From: Chlorokybus atmophyticus
Lineage: Eukaryota > Plantae > Mesostigma and Chlorokybus algae
DNA length: 64,000 nucleotides
Direction: 5' to 3'
Assembly: GCA_009103225.1 (NCBI GenBank)
Contig: RHPI01002990.1
Span: forward strand, 47,034 to 111,033
The notes under the pieces are model-generated. The model saw only the letters and a program-made list of their open reading frames with translations, was not told the DNA's origin and searched no databases. This document shows positions 37,599-49,499 of this stretch, piece by piece (within the stretch, counting starts at the first letter, position 1; each line of letters begins with the position of its first letter). A program made the translations under genes and the position numbers.

Positions 37599-39920
37599 CG
37601 GTGACCAGCAATGGGCACGTCATGAGCTTCCTTCAGCAACTTCACATGGATATGCGCGACGTTGGGGATATACAAGCGCCCGTGGTGCCAAAGCAGCCCG
37701 TCGCGCATTGACCAATGCCCACTTGTGTCCGTAGCTGCATTTTCCAGCTCTTGCAACACTTTCATACCCTCCGTGTCTTCACGAAGCACTTGCCGAATCT
37801 GGTCGGTCCACTCGGGCTGCACTTGAGCGAGTGCCTCAATTGCATTAAGCCGGCTCAGCGCGTCAGCAACACCATTTGACGTACCGGGCTTGTACTTGAT
37901 ATCGAAGTCAAAAAGTTGAAAGAACTCAAGCCATCGAGCTTGTCTGCGACTTAGATGAGGTTGTGTTTGTAAGTACCTCAGTGGAGAGTGATCCGTCTCA
38001 AGCACGAACTTTTTGCCTCCAACAAACAACGCCATTGTCGTAGCGCCATGACTTGCGCTAAAAGTTCCTTCTCGTGCACGGGGTAATTCAGCTCCGCACC
38101 ACTCATTTTCTTGCTGAAGAATGCTACTGGTTGAAGGCCGTTGCCATGGTCTTGCTGCAAAACAGCTCATACGGCTGTGTCGGACGCGTCGCAAGCCAAA
38201 ATAAATGTCTTTTCCATGTCGGGGTGAGCCAGGACTGGTGCCTCCGTTAGCGCCTTCTTCAACGCAGCAAATGCATGTTCCTCTGTTGCTGACCAGCTCC
38301 ACGGCTTTCCCTTCTTGAGTAGGGCAGTCAAGGGAGCAGCTATGCGCAAAAACCCCATGATAAACTTGCGATAGTACCCCGCAAGGCCTAAAAAGGACAT
38401 CACCTCCTTTTCGTTGGTTGGGGAAGCCCACTCGCGCACCACCTGCACTTTGTTGGGGTCCGGCTTGATGCCTTCATGCGACACGATGTGGCCTAGGTAC
38501 TCCACCTCTCGAAGCAAGAATTTGCACTTTTATAGCTGGGCGTACAACTTGTGTTCGCGCAAACGCTGCAACACGCGCCGTAGAAGTGCCACGTGCTCCT
38601 CCTTGGTTTTCGCGTACACCAAAATGTCGTCGAGGTACACGAGGATTCCCTTACCAATCAAGTCAGCAAAAACGCTGTTCATCAGCGTTTGAAATGTTGC
38701 CGGTGCGTTCGTAAGTCCGAAGGACATGACCAACCACTCGTAGTGCCCATAACGTGTGTTAAAAACTGTTTTCTCCACATCCTCGGGCGCGATGCGGATT
38801 TGGTGATAACCTCTAGCAAGATCAAGTGTTGTGAAGTACTGCGCACCTTGCAATTGCTCCAGCAACTCGTCGATACGTGGGAGTGGAAAGCAATTCCTCT
38901 TCGTGATGTTGTTGAGAGCTCGGTAGTCGACGCACATGCGCAAGCTCCCGTTCTTCTTTCGTACAAACAAAATAGGTGCACCATAGGGGGACTTACTAGG
39001 CCTGATGTAGCCTCTTTTCAGCAAGTCCGCCACCTGCCTCTCGGCCTCTTCCAGTTCCAAAGGTGACAACTTGTATACGGGTCGATACGGTGGCTTGTGC
39101 ACGCCCTCAATCAGCTCCACACGGTGGTCTACGCTCCGTGGAGGTGGTAGACCAGATGGAAGTCCGTCCACCATGATATCTTGGTATTCTTTAACAAGTT
39201 TACACACCTCGGGGTCCATAGTAGCCGTCTGAACATCGTCACTCAGCTCCGGTGCTGACTTTGCAGTGTTTTCGCGCACCACGCACAACCATGCAGCCTT
39301 TGCCTTCCGTGGAGACAATAACTTCCTCAATTGCACATAAGAGATCTGGGCAATTGTCGTACCACCTAATTGTGCGTGCCGCGCCTCGATGACGTCCGAT
39401 GCAGCTTGAATGGACTCTCCACCGTTTCGCTCGATGGTGAGCACGCGCTTCCTCCAATTGATGGCTGGATTATGTTGCCATAGCCACGGTAGTCCCAAAA
39501 TCCCATCAAACCCGTTCCGTAGGGTGATGCAGCAAAATCGCATGCTCTCCTTCATCTTCCCAATGCGAACGCACAACTCTTTGGTCATAAACGCAGCGCC
39601 ATCACCTCCAGAGGGTGGCTCTCCATCAGCGAGCTTCACTTCACCTCCTCGTAATGACGAAAGCCAACCGTAACGCCGCGCAATATCAATACTCATAAAG
39701 TTGCTGTTGGCACCGCTATCAATCATGAGCTTACACTCTCTCCATCGTCCTTGGTCATCGCAAATGTGTGCTCGAAGCCCGAAGTACTTTGTTGTCTCCT
39801 CGTTTGCATAACTCACCACCATTGGCGCGTTCAAAGCCATCTCCTCTTGCTTCTTTAATGGAAATGTCACAGCATCCGTCCGTGCATGAGGCTCCTTCCT
39901 ATCCCCAGCAGTAGCCTCCT
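37599..39920 (-). pseudogene. Protease-RT-RNase H part of pol with two in-frame stops and frameshifts
   Basis: Contains MIDSGANSNF, FDGILGLPWL, LRMCVDYRALN, MSFGLTNAPATFQ, VYLDDILVY, LACDASD and LETDHSPL. Stops are TAA at 38530-38532 and TGA at 38167-38169; frameshifts lie near 38010 and 37600. Confidence 0.95.
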
Positions 39921-39923
39921 CAC

Positions 39924-41002
39924 CTACTGGGGGAAGTCGTTTTCCTGCTCCACGCCATTTTGCTCCATGGTGTTGACGCGACGATCACGGCGAGGGTTGC
40001 CATCCGGTGTTGGCCTTTGCGTGCTTCGTTTGGGGCATCCGTACGCCAAATGCTCCGTCGACCCACACGCATAACACTTGCGCACACCTTTACCTCTTTC
40101 ACCACGTCCGCCGTGCTTCGCCTCACTTCCATGCGTGTGTATGGCACCCACCTCCATTGGTGCAGGCCCAGAGTCAGCTCCACCTCCATTGGCAAGTGCT
40201 GAACTTGGTTCTCCTCGTCTCCATGCATGTTGAAAGCCTCCCCGGGGCTGATCACCATGCCTTTGCCTCCAGTCAGTGTTTCTTGTGGTGGACTTGAAGT
40301 ACAACGCGTCGAGACGCTCCGCGATGCGTATAGCCTCCGCGAGTGTCTTCGGGTCCCGTAGCTCCACTTCTTTACGCCCCAAAGGTTTTAAACCACGTGT
40401 ATACCTGTCCAACTGCTCCTCCTCGGTCATATCGGGTATGGACATCACCAATCGCTGAAACGCGGCCGTGTACGCCATCACCGACCCCATTTGCACAAGG
40501 GTTGCAACTTTGTCGCGTGCGGCCTTCACGCTCTCAACGGGAACAAATTGATGCCTGACCTCCAGTGCCAACTCTTCCATGGTGGTCACTGGTAGCGCCA
40601 ACCCGTTTGCAACACGCGTACATCGATGCCTCCACCACACAAGTGGTGCACCTTCAAGCAATGTCGCTGCAACCTCCACGTGCAGATGCGTGGGCACCTC
40701 CGTGAGCTTCAACCAAGACGATACTTGAAAAATCCATTCATCCACTGCATCTCCATCACGTTGACCCCTGAATGGCTTGGGCTTAGCACCTTCACATGCA
40801 CGCGCGAGCTTGATGCCATGGGAAGTTGTACACGCGCCATCGCATGCTCATACGCCTCGCGTTGTGCTTGTGCCGCCGCTTGCGTGTGATGAAGCTCTTC
40901 TCTCAATGCTAAGATGGCAGCTTGAAGCTCTTCCATGCGAGCATCCTCGATCTCCACTAACACACTACTTTTCGCTTCCGAATGAAAAGTGTAAACGCCC
41001 AC
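39924..41002 (-). pseudogene. Chromovirus gag with one frameshift near 40790 and a CCHC knuckle
   Basis: Contains LLEGAPLVWW, QMGSVMAYTAAFQRL, DRYTRGLKP, PAPMEVG and CYACGSTEHLAYGC. The + strand relative at 58550 shows the intact KVPKPKPFKG, revealing a 1-nt deletion here. Confidence 0.93.
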
Positions 41003-41031
41003 ACACTTCCTCTCTCACCTTCGTAAATCGC

Positions 41032-41043
41032 GCTCCGATACCA
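41032..41043 (-). promoter_or_regulatory. Primer-binding site for the initiator tRNA-Met 3' end
   Basis: The minus strand reads TGGTATCGGAGC 2 nt after the LTR end CA. The same 12-mer follows the + strand LTR at 58509-58520. Confidence 0.9.
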
Positions 41044-41721
41044 GTTGTGACGGTGCTCGTGCCTTGTCACCTGTGAGTTGGTCCAATCCACAACCCTCTC
41101 ACCAAGACACGGTATTCACACCGGAACCTTGCCCCCTCTGCCAAGCACACACGCGCGCCCCGCCACTCGCGTACGCACGCGCATGCGCTCGAAGCTACAC
41201 ACCGACTTGTGTAGCGCCTTGGATCGTCACACAAGCAAGCACACACCAGTGGACACACGCTAGCAACCCCTTATAGCCACCACCAAGCTTGCACATAAGA
41301 AACTAGGGAGCTAAAGGTTGTATTGCAAATTGTAAAATGTCATTTTTATACCTACCAGTCTGCACATGCTACTGTCTAGACGATTCTAGCGCTAGACGGA
41401 ACTAGAAGCTAAGATATAATTAAAGAATCTTGTAGTACACTTCTAGACCTTTCCAACGCACCAAGATCTCCTAATTTGCTGCTCATATGGTCAAGTTATA
41501 CTACTTAGCGCCAGGCCCTTCCAGAAATCTGGTCGAGCCCTTCTCGACTGGCCCTCCGTTTTCTGGCACCTTCCGGACTGGTCTTGGGGCCCCGGTCGAT
41601 ATCCGCGGCAGACTCATAACTCGCCGATATCCGCCACAAGTCATAAAAAACATGTACCTTATAAATAAGGCCTAAAACGGCCATGAAAACTACAAAATTT
41701 GGCGTTGACTGATACAACAGA

Positions 41722-41750
41722 TATATAAATATATATGTATATATGTATGC

Positions 41751-41786
<36 letters not shown>

Positions 41787-41790
41787 GCAT

Positions 41791-41832
<42 letters not shown>

Positions 41833-41835
41833 GAG
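41722..41835. repeat. TA microsatellite flanking the chromovirus 5' LTR; a matching tract at ~35630-35677 flanks the 3' LTR
   Basis: Direct reading. Confidence 0.93.
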
Positions 41836-43404
41836 GCTGACGCTTAGTATTCTTGTTTAAACATATATATGCAACAAATGTGCAAGATTGTAAGTCAATT
41901 GACTCAGTACATGAAGTTGCAATTCGGTAAGCATTCATCCAAAAAAATCAATATAGTATCAATCCGTATAGTATAATATACACTTATGCATACGGTTATG
42001 CAAGGTCATTTGCAGCATTTGTATAGCTTAATCAAAACTGTTAAACTATTATAAATATTGCAGCATTGAGTGTTACAATAATCGAAAGCGCGTTGTATTG
42101 CTCACATTGAGTGGGAAGAACATAACTTCTACTCGATCGCTAACAAGCTACTTGTCATTCAGCGTCTTGAATTGTTATGAAAAATTAGGCATATTTTTAT
42201 CAAACCGTGACATCTGTTACAAAGCTAGTCCTAAGGTGTATGCACTTTATAAAAAGTAAACCAATAGGTTGACGGATGGTGCTGATGATTATAAGGTCAA
42301 TAATTACGGGGTTATGTGCTGGTGAAGTTGCAAGTGTTGTGAGTGATATAAGGCACTAGCGACTGTCTATCGAACCATAATGCGTGAGAGTTCTCATCGC
42401 ACTATGGCAAATATGTTGGCAAAAACTACTTTGTAATGTGGGACCAACCTGCTATGATGTCACTTACGAAAAGGTGGTTTGAACTTAAGTGCCTACTACG
42501 AGGAAAGCAGCTAAGAGAAAGAGATGTGAGGTTTCACTCCAGTGAAGCCTTGGACGAATTGTTTATAAGCTCTCCTTGGCCCACTTCACTGTCATGATTC
42601 GAGCATTTTCAATTGTAAGTAGGGACCAATCCAAGATGGTAACATTGCGATTGAATAAGTGATGAATCATCATTTGGTTGTGAGGACGGTGCTTGAGGTG
42701 TTTAGAACAATGCATCAGGTGAAACTCATTACCACATTTGTGCAGGCGCGCTCCTTCAAGCATAGCTCATGTGTGCAAGCTGACCAGCACGGTTGTTGCA
42801 AGCTTTCATGGTGCGGAATTGTTGGAAGGAGCGAAGGATTCCCCGAAAGATTGGGCTTTGGTATAATTATAAGGGCGCAAATTTATATAGCATCATACGT
42901 TGATCGAAAGTGAATCAATTAGTGAGCATTTAGGGGCCAAGTAGGTATCAATTACTTTGATGCTGTTAGTGGAAACATAAAATTCCCTTGCGATTATTGA
43001 AGTCCGCGGCCATAAGTGAGAGCGTTTGAGTCAAGAAATTTCGAGAAGTCGTAAAAGTCCCAAGTTCTTAGCTTTCGCTAGTACGCATAGTGTCGGGTCG
43101 AGGGGAGTCGAGGGTCACACTGTCTCGGGCCGCTGCAGAAAGAGACATGCTTGCTAGCCCTGTCGCTGCAACATGTTATAACATGTAGCAACAGTAAAAG
43201 GTAACCCAGCTCGTATGGCGAGGAGTGCTTGGTAGAGCTGTTCCACTGCCACTGAGTCACACGGACATGTGGAGGCGGTGTCCTCCTTAGTGTACATGCT
43301 GTGCTATAGGACACATAGTCAACAAGCCACCCCCCTGAGCTTCTGGGGTGGTTCCAGCTTCAGAGCTCAGCTGTTAACTCAGGTGAGGAGGACCGTTGGT
43401 GCGG

Positions 43405-43535
43405 CAATCGTTGCACCAGTACTCCTCCATGGGTATTGCATCCAATGGGGGCTCCAGTCAATAGCAATGCAGGCCCTTGTTGCAGCCATCGCAGAGCATC
43501 ATGAGTGCGTCGTCGCCGGCACTGCCGCAGCGCTC
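43405..43535 (-). pseudogene. PHD finger at the integrase C-terminus
   Basis: CERCGSAGDDALMMLCDGCNKGLHCY*LEPPLDAIPMEEYWCNDC fits the C4HC3 pattern, with one Cys codon changed to TGA. Confidence 0.88.
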
Positions 43536-44201
43536 ACAGCGTGTGCTGTGGGCGGGGCGAGGGTGCTGGATGCGCGCGAAGCCCGCTATGTAAGGGAGGT
43601 GACATGGCACGCAGTTCACCATGTTGTCTTTCAACCCCTCGCCACTCTGACAAAGGAGGTCCGGCACTCCTGTGGGGTACACCTTCAATACCTTGTAGAC
43701 GGTGTGGCCCACGGAGGTGTTGAGCGTGTCCTTGGTGGCCGCCATGCGATAGGCAAAGTCCCCTGCTTGAAACCGCCGTTGGCGCTCCTTGTAGAAGCTG
43801 CTCCGCACGCGCTCGTAGCGCAGGGTGTCGCGGTGCTGTGCGATGCGCAGGTTGTTGAAGGCCATCCGGACGGTGTGCTCGACCAGCGTGGCGCGTGTGG
43901 TATTGTTGTGGTGCATCCAATCGGGATCGTCGAGGTTGTTTACCACACGGTCTACTTCCTGCTGTGCACGAAAAGGAAGCAACGACGGACGCCCGAACAA
44001 CAGGTATTATGGGTTGTACTCGCGCAGAGCCACCCACGGAAGGTGGTCGTTCCAGTTGTTCTTCTCATACTCCAGCACGTACTTGCGGAGTGTCTTCTTG
44101 ATAGTCTGTACTATCCGCTTGTAGAAACCGTCGGCTTGAGGGTGGTCACGCGAAGTACGGGGATGATCGATGTAGCATCTGTCTAGCAGGGTGTCGAACT
44201 C

Positions 44202-47014
44202 CACCGGTAATTCTGGACCCCCCAAATTTCTGAAAATCATCGCATTTGCCCTGAATACTCATCTGTTTTATGTGTGAACTCGCCACTTGCGTGGTTGCAG
44301 AGGTCGCTGTTACGATTGCTGATTATTTAGGCCAAATGCCCTGAATACAAGCAATGGATATTCACACTTTTTGGTCATGAATAATTGTAATTGTCCATCT
44401 CGCACACAACCTCCTACTTGTGAGTAGTTATTCACTCGCAACAGAACTGCATATTCAGTCTTCTTAGGTATACATGGTCCTAGACTTGTACCATGGCACC
44501 AAGTGATTATTCATACTTTGTGTGCGTGAATATTTACAGCGCCTGCTCTCACACTAGGTCCTCTTTATAGGTAATGATTCACACGCATATTGGCTTGATG
44601 TTCACACACACCAAAGCTGTTTCAACATCACATGTACCATACTATCGAGTGATTATTCATACGATTTGTGATTAAATAATACAGCATATCTGCTCTCACA
44701 CATAGTCCTATATATGAGTGGTTATTCACCCATAGTATGGTTGAACAATCACTGCTGCCTTTGGTTGATTTTTCACGCGAATGATAATTGAATCATACAG
44801 CACTTCTGCTCACACATAGTCCTACATATAAGTGGTTATTCACTCACAGTTTGGTTGAATAATCACTGCATCTTGCTATCGTCAACAGCTGTGACATAGC
44901 ATAGCTGTGACATAGCACATAGCAATCAGTCCAGCCGATGAATCTGGACAGCAATGTCAGCTGAATGGCAGCTGACTCGAGCAACAAATTCACTGATGTC
45001 TACAATGTATCTCTGCTACCTACTTCTTGCTGCCTCGACCACGCCCACCGCGCCCACCCCGCCCACCCCGGCTGCCCTTCCCACGGCCCCTCCCGCGCTG
45101 TGTGGTTGTGCCTTCCTTTGCTGGCTCCCTCACCTTGATACTCTTCAGCAACCGAACAGGCCAAAGTAGCAACAAACCCGGCTCGCACTCTGCGCATACA
45201 TCAACCACACATGCACTCAGCTGACTTGCACAATGTTGAAACTATTCATGCAATCGCATGCACACAAACGCGTTCACCTTTCAAGTGGGTCACTTGCACT
45301 CCAACCCCATCACGCTCGAAGCTGATTGGCAGAGGCACAACCTCTTCTTCCCCTGGTCCGGGACGTCTGGTCCTAGTGATGGGAAGACTGCGGCTGAACT
45401 GGACCACCATGTTGCCCTCTCCAATCTTCTTGCCATGAAACTTGTTGACAGGATTGATGTCGCTTACGTGCGCCTCCCCTACTGGTTCTTTGCGCCCGTT
45501 AATGAACAGTTGGACTTCACTGCCAACCTTCATCGTCGATGCGGTGTCGTCCTTGTCGCTCAGCTCTTCCTGCGCATGCAAGTGACAAACACATCAAGAG
45601 GTACACACATACACAGATGTGATCTCTCATACAGCGCTTGCGAAGCGACCTGCCTTCTGCGAGTCGTTGTCGCTGTTGTTGGGGCTGTCCCCCTCGCTGT
45701 CCGGGCGCTGTCCTTGGCGCCATCTTCACCGCTGTTCTCGCTTCTATTTGTCTTAGGCATTTTTGAATACGTTGGCTCATCCTGCGCGACAAGGTGACAC
45801 GACGTGTTAACAAGCTTACAACCGTCACGCAACGAATGCGTGCCTGCCGCAGGTGACAGTTTGTGTGCAGCCAGAAGAACGCAAGAAGCCCATAAGATCA
45901 AGTACAAAGTGCTTTCATACCTCCTTTTGCTTGCCGCTCTGCTTCTCCAACACCGTCTCCTGCTTGCCAGTCGAGTGGCCTGCCTCCTGAGACTTGTAGG
46001 GAGCCGATATCGAGCGAACAGTTTTGTTTGTTTTCTTTTTTGGGGGGCTTGACACCTCACATCCTCCTGCCAACAGCATGAAGTCAGATGGTGAACCACA
46101 ACTCAGTGCATTGCCACTCTATCAAGTCCAATGCTGCGTACCTCACCATACACTTTGCGCTTCCCTGAGCTGCTGTCACGCACATCAGCACCCTGCTTGG
46201 CACGTGCCTGAACACAACAGTCATAAACGATCACGAACACATGTTTAGCAAAGTACAAGCAGGAGCGGCATCTGACCTGTAAACCAGTACCAGGAGAACT
46301 TGAGGGTTGTGGTGCAGTGCCTTCCTTGTTACCTATCGCATACACAAGGCACCGATCACAAAAGCCTGCATATACACACAGTACTCCAGCAGCTGCCTGC
46401 GCGCGCAAGACGCGGCTCACGCTGCGAGGTGCCATTTCTGTCGTCGCTGGCGTCGCTGGCGGGATGTGAACGCGTGGGCGCCGTGCAATTACAAGGGGTC
46501 ATCATACAAACCACACAACCTGCATACATAAGGCACCATCAAATACAAAGCATCGTTCTCAACACATCTGTGGCATGAAACTGATGAAGGTTATGAATAA
46601 CATGTGTGACAAGCTGATCAACTGATTATTCACGGGCAGTTGGGACTTGGTGAGTTTAAGCTGTCTGTTATAGCCACGAGCTTATGCCCCTTCATGAATG
46701 TTCAGGCAATGTATAGCTGAATATTTAGCAGAGCACATGCTGTGTCCATTCACAATTGCATGTCCTTGAACATTCAATCGATTTCAACTGAATATACGAG
46801 GTATATGGGTTTTGAAAGGTGGCATTGATTTATCGTGTGGATATTCACGCGATTTATAGTTGAATGTCGCGATTCCGTTTTGGCAGGGATTGCACAGAAT
46901 GTACGAAACCACTTGAATATTCACTCGATAAAAAGCTGAAACGGTAAATCAAACAAATATTCAGTGCGTTTGCCATGAATTTTCATAAATTCGGGGGTCT
47001 CATAATTACCGGTG
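44202..47014. mobile_element. Non-autonomous CACTA-superfamily DNA transposon, 2813 bp, CACCG termini, 3-bp TSD CTC
   Basis: TIRs are CACCGGTAATT...AATTACCGGTG with imperfect pairing over ~55 bp. CTC lies at 44199-44201 and 47015-47017, and excision restores integrase EFKGEFDTLL. There are many subterminal (T/A)ATTCAC motifs and ~110-145 bp degenerate repeats at 44500-44880. Confidence 0.95.
45020..46435 (-). CDS. Putative spliced TnpA/ORF2-like gene (Transposase_23/DUF8039-like domain) with an RGG-rich tail inside the CACTA element
   Basis: Exon 45278-45569 reads KVGSEVQLF...PVGEAHVSDINPVNKFHGKKIGEGNMVVQF. It splices (GT-AG) in frame to exon 45020-45189 ECEPGLLLLWPVRLL...RGRGRGKGSRGGRGGRGGRGRGSKK*. 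The upstream short exons and the start codon are tentative. Confidence 0.55.
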
Positions 47015-49499
47015 CTCCCCTTTGAACTCAGTGCCCTGGTCGGTGATGACCTCCGAGCAGCTGCCGAACCGGCTGAGGACATGGGAGAGGAAGGCTTGAA
47101 ACACCCCCCTGCTGCTCTTGTCGGGTAATGGCACCAGCTCCACCCATTTGAAGAAGTGCTCGATCATGACCAGGATGTAGCGGTTACCCCGTGCCGAGGG
47201 TGCCAAGTCTCCCAAAATGTCGAGTCCCCAGCGATAGAACAGCTCAGAGATGGGGAGAGGGTGCAAGGTGGCGCTGCGTGTGTTGAGGCTGGCGCGTACC
47301 ATGTCACACTGCTGGCAGCGACTGACGAACCCCTGCACCTTTTTTGACAGCCCATACCACCAATACTGCGCCCTTACCAGGCTGACGGTACGCTTGACAC
47401 CGAAGTGTCCAAGCTCAGTGTGGAGGGCAGCGATGATGCCCTCGCGTGTGGCTGGTGTTGGCACCTCTTTATCCTCGTCCTGGACGCGGCGGTACACCTT
47501 GTCATCCGCCCACCAATAGTGGTGGGTGCGTTGACTGACATGATCTTTCTCTCGTGCACTCATGTTGGAGGGAAGCTGGCCACTTTGAAGGAAGGAGAGT
47601 GATGGCTTGTCAAGCCATATGTTCTGCCTGGTGTCGGTGGGTGCCAGCTCGGTATCGTCGACTTTGATGTTGACAGCGTGGACGTCCCGTAGGGGTGTGG
47701 TAACTGTGGGGTCGGTAGACTCAAGGACAGGAATCTCCTTTGTCGTTGAGGTGGTGTTGATCTGGCACCCTGACCATAACGCGGCGACAGCAAACATGGC
47801 CACCATGGTGGGAGCTGCTGCTGCGGGGCCGAGCTCGTGCCGAGCGCCGGTCGCATTGTTGGTACTGCGGTGAGGGTTGCGACTGAGGCCATCAGCGTCC
47901 TGGTTGTGAGGTGAGGTTGGCGTGGTGGTCGATCTCGAAGTCATACTCCTGCAGCAACAGGGCCCAGCGAGCCAGTTTCCCTGTCAGATGTTGGTTGGTC
48001 ATCAACCAGTTGAGTGGCTGATGATCGGTGATCAGCTGAAATTGTCGACCAAATAGGAAAGGTCTGAAGAAGGAGATAGCCCATACTGCAACGAGGCACT
48101 CCCCCTCGTAGCTGCTGTAGTTGGCCTCAGCGCTGTTGTTGCTTCGACTGGCGTACGACACCATCCGTTCCTTCTTGTTCTCATCGTGCTGTACCAGCAC
48201 AGCCCCCATCCCAAGCTTGCTCCAGTCGGTGTGGAGGATGAAGGGCTTGTTGTAGTCAGGACGTTGCAGGATGGGAGCGTTGGTGAGCCTGCCCTTTACC
48301 TCCTCGAACGCCTGCTGTTGTGGCTCCTTCCACGCAAACTCCACCTCCTTCTTCAGAAGCTCGTTGAGGGGTCGCGCGATCTTTGCGATGTCCTTCACGA
48401 ACTGGCGATACTAGTTGGCAAGGCCCAGAAAGGCACGTAGACGCGTAAGGTTTGTGGGAGCAGGGATAGCCGCTAAAGCCTCCACCTTTGCCTGTTGTAC
48501 GTACACACCGTGGGGCACAATCATGTGCCCTAGGTAGGGTACCTTGCGAGTGAAGAAGGTGCACTTGTTGGGGTGCACTGTTATCCCCACCCCCTTGAGT
48601 CTTTCCAGCACTTCCTCGATGTGCTGCAGGTGCTCGTCGTTACTGCGACTGAAGATGAGAATGTCGCTAATGTAGCATCGCGCGAAGTTCTTCTTCAGCC
48701 CCTCCAAGGCTTTGTCTATGACGCGCTGGAACTTGGCAGGAGCGTTCTTCAGTCCGAAGGGCATGACCTTCCACTGGTACAGCTGCCGGTTGCCCCAGAA
48801 AGAGGTCTTGTGCTTGTCCTCCTCCTTGATGGCAATCTGGTTGTACCTTAATCGCATATCCAGGAAGCTGAAGACGGTGCAGTCTCCTACATCATCAAAG
48901 ATACCCTATGCAGTAGGCACTGGATACCTGTCTTGTTTGGTCTTGTTGTTGAGGGGGCGATAGTCGCCGCACATGCGCCGGTCTGACCAATTGTCTGCTG
49001 AATCCCTTTTCAGGGGCATGACGGTCGCGGCCGCAAAGTCCGATGTGGACTCCTTCATCAGGCGTGCACCTAGCAGAGCCTTGCACCTTTGCTCCACCAA
49101 GTCTTCTTCCAACTTGGAGAGTCGGTACTGTCGTCAAAACACCGGTTCGGTGTCCACCAACTCGATGTCCATTCGAGAACTGAGTAAACACCCAGTTCCC
49201 TTATGCTAAAATTGAATTGACTTATCCACTTGTTGAGGAGAGCCTCCAGTTGTTCTCACGTCCGGCCTGTAGCCAGTGGTCCAATGGCATGGGACCAAGA
49301 GGTGGCGTTGGCGACCACTAGGATGTCCTCCTCAGTAAATACTGCCTGCTCCTCCATATGGGCGATTTTAAAGGCGGTGGGTGCCGATTTGGTCTCTTGC
49401 ACGCGATCGGCCCCCCCCCCCCCCGCCAGGTGTTCGAGCTCCTGGAAGCACACATGGCGGTCTTAGAGAGCAAAGCACATTTCCAATAAACAAACCATG

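Larger units (their letters stand above)
35678..41716 (-). mobile_element. Full-length but defective chromovirus (Ty3/gypsy) LTR retrotransposon, 6039 bp
   Basis: LTRs at 35678-36346 and 41046-41716 differ by 14 substitutions and one 2-bp indel by manual comparison. The PBS is at 41032-41043 and the PPT at 36347-36360. Domain order is gag-PR-RT-RH-IN-chromodomain. There is no matching TSD (ATATG vs ACAGA) and both flanks are TA microsatellites. Confidence 0.97.

Noticed and set aside
41840-43085. AT-rich 1.2-kb block between the chromovirus and the DNMT element
   Set aside because: It has no termini, repeats or credible ORF. It is possibly an old transposon relic but cannot be assigned.
43269-44186. 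305-aa plus-strand ORF, and similar long antisense ORFs at 38593-39066 and 62885-63358
   Set aside because: These are shadow ORFs on the strand opposite integrase or RT, with no independent domain evidence.
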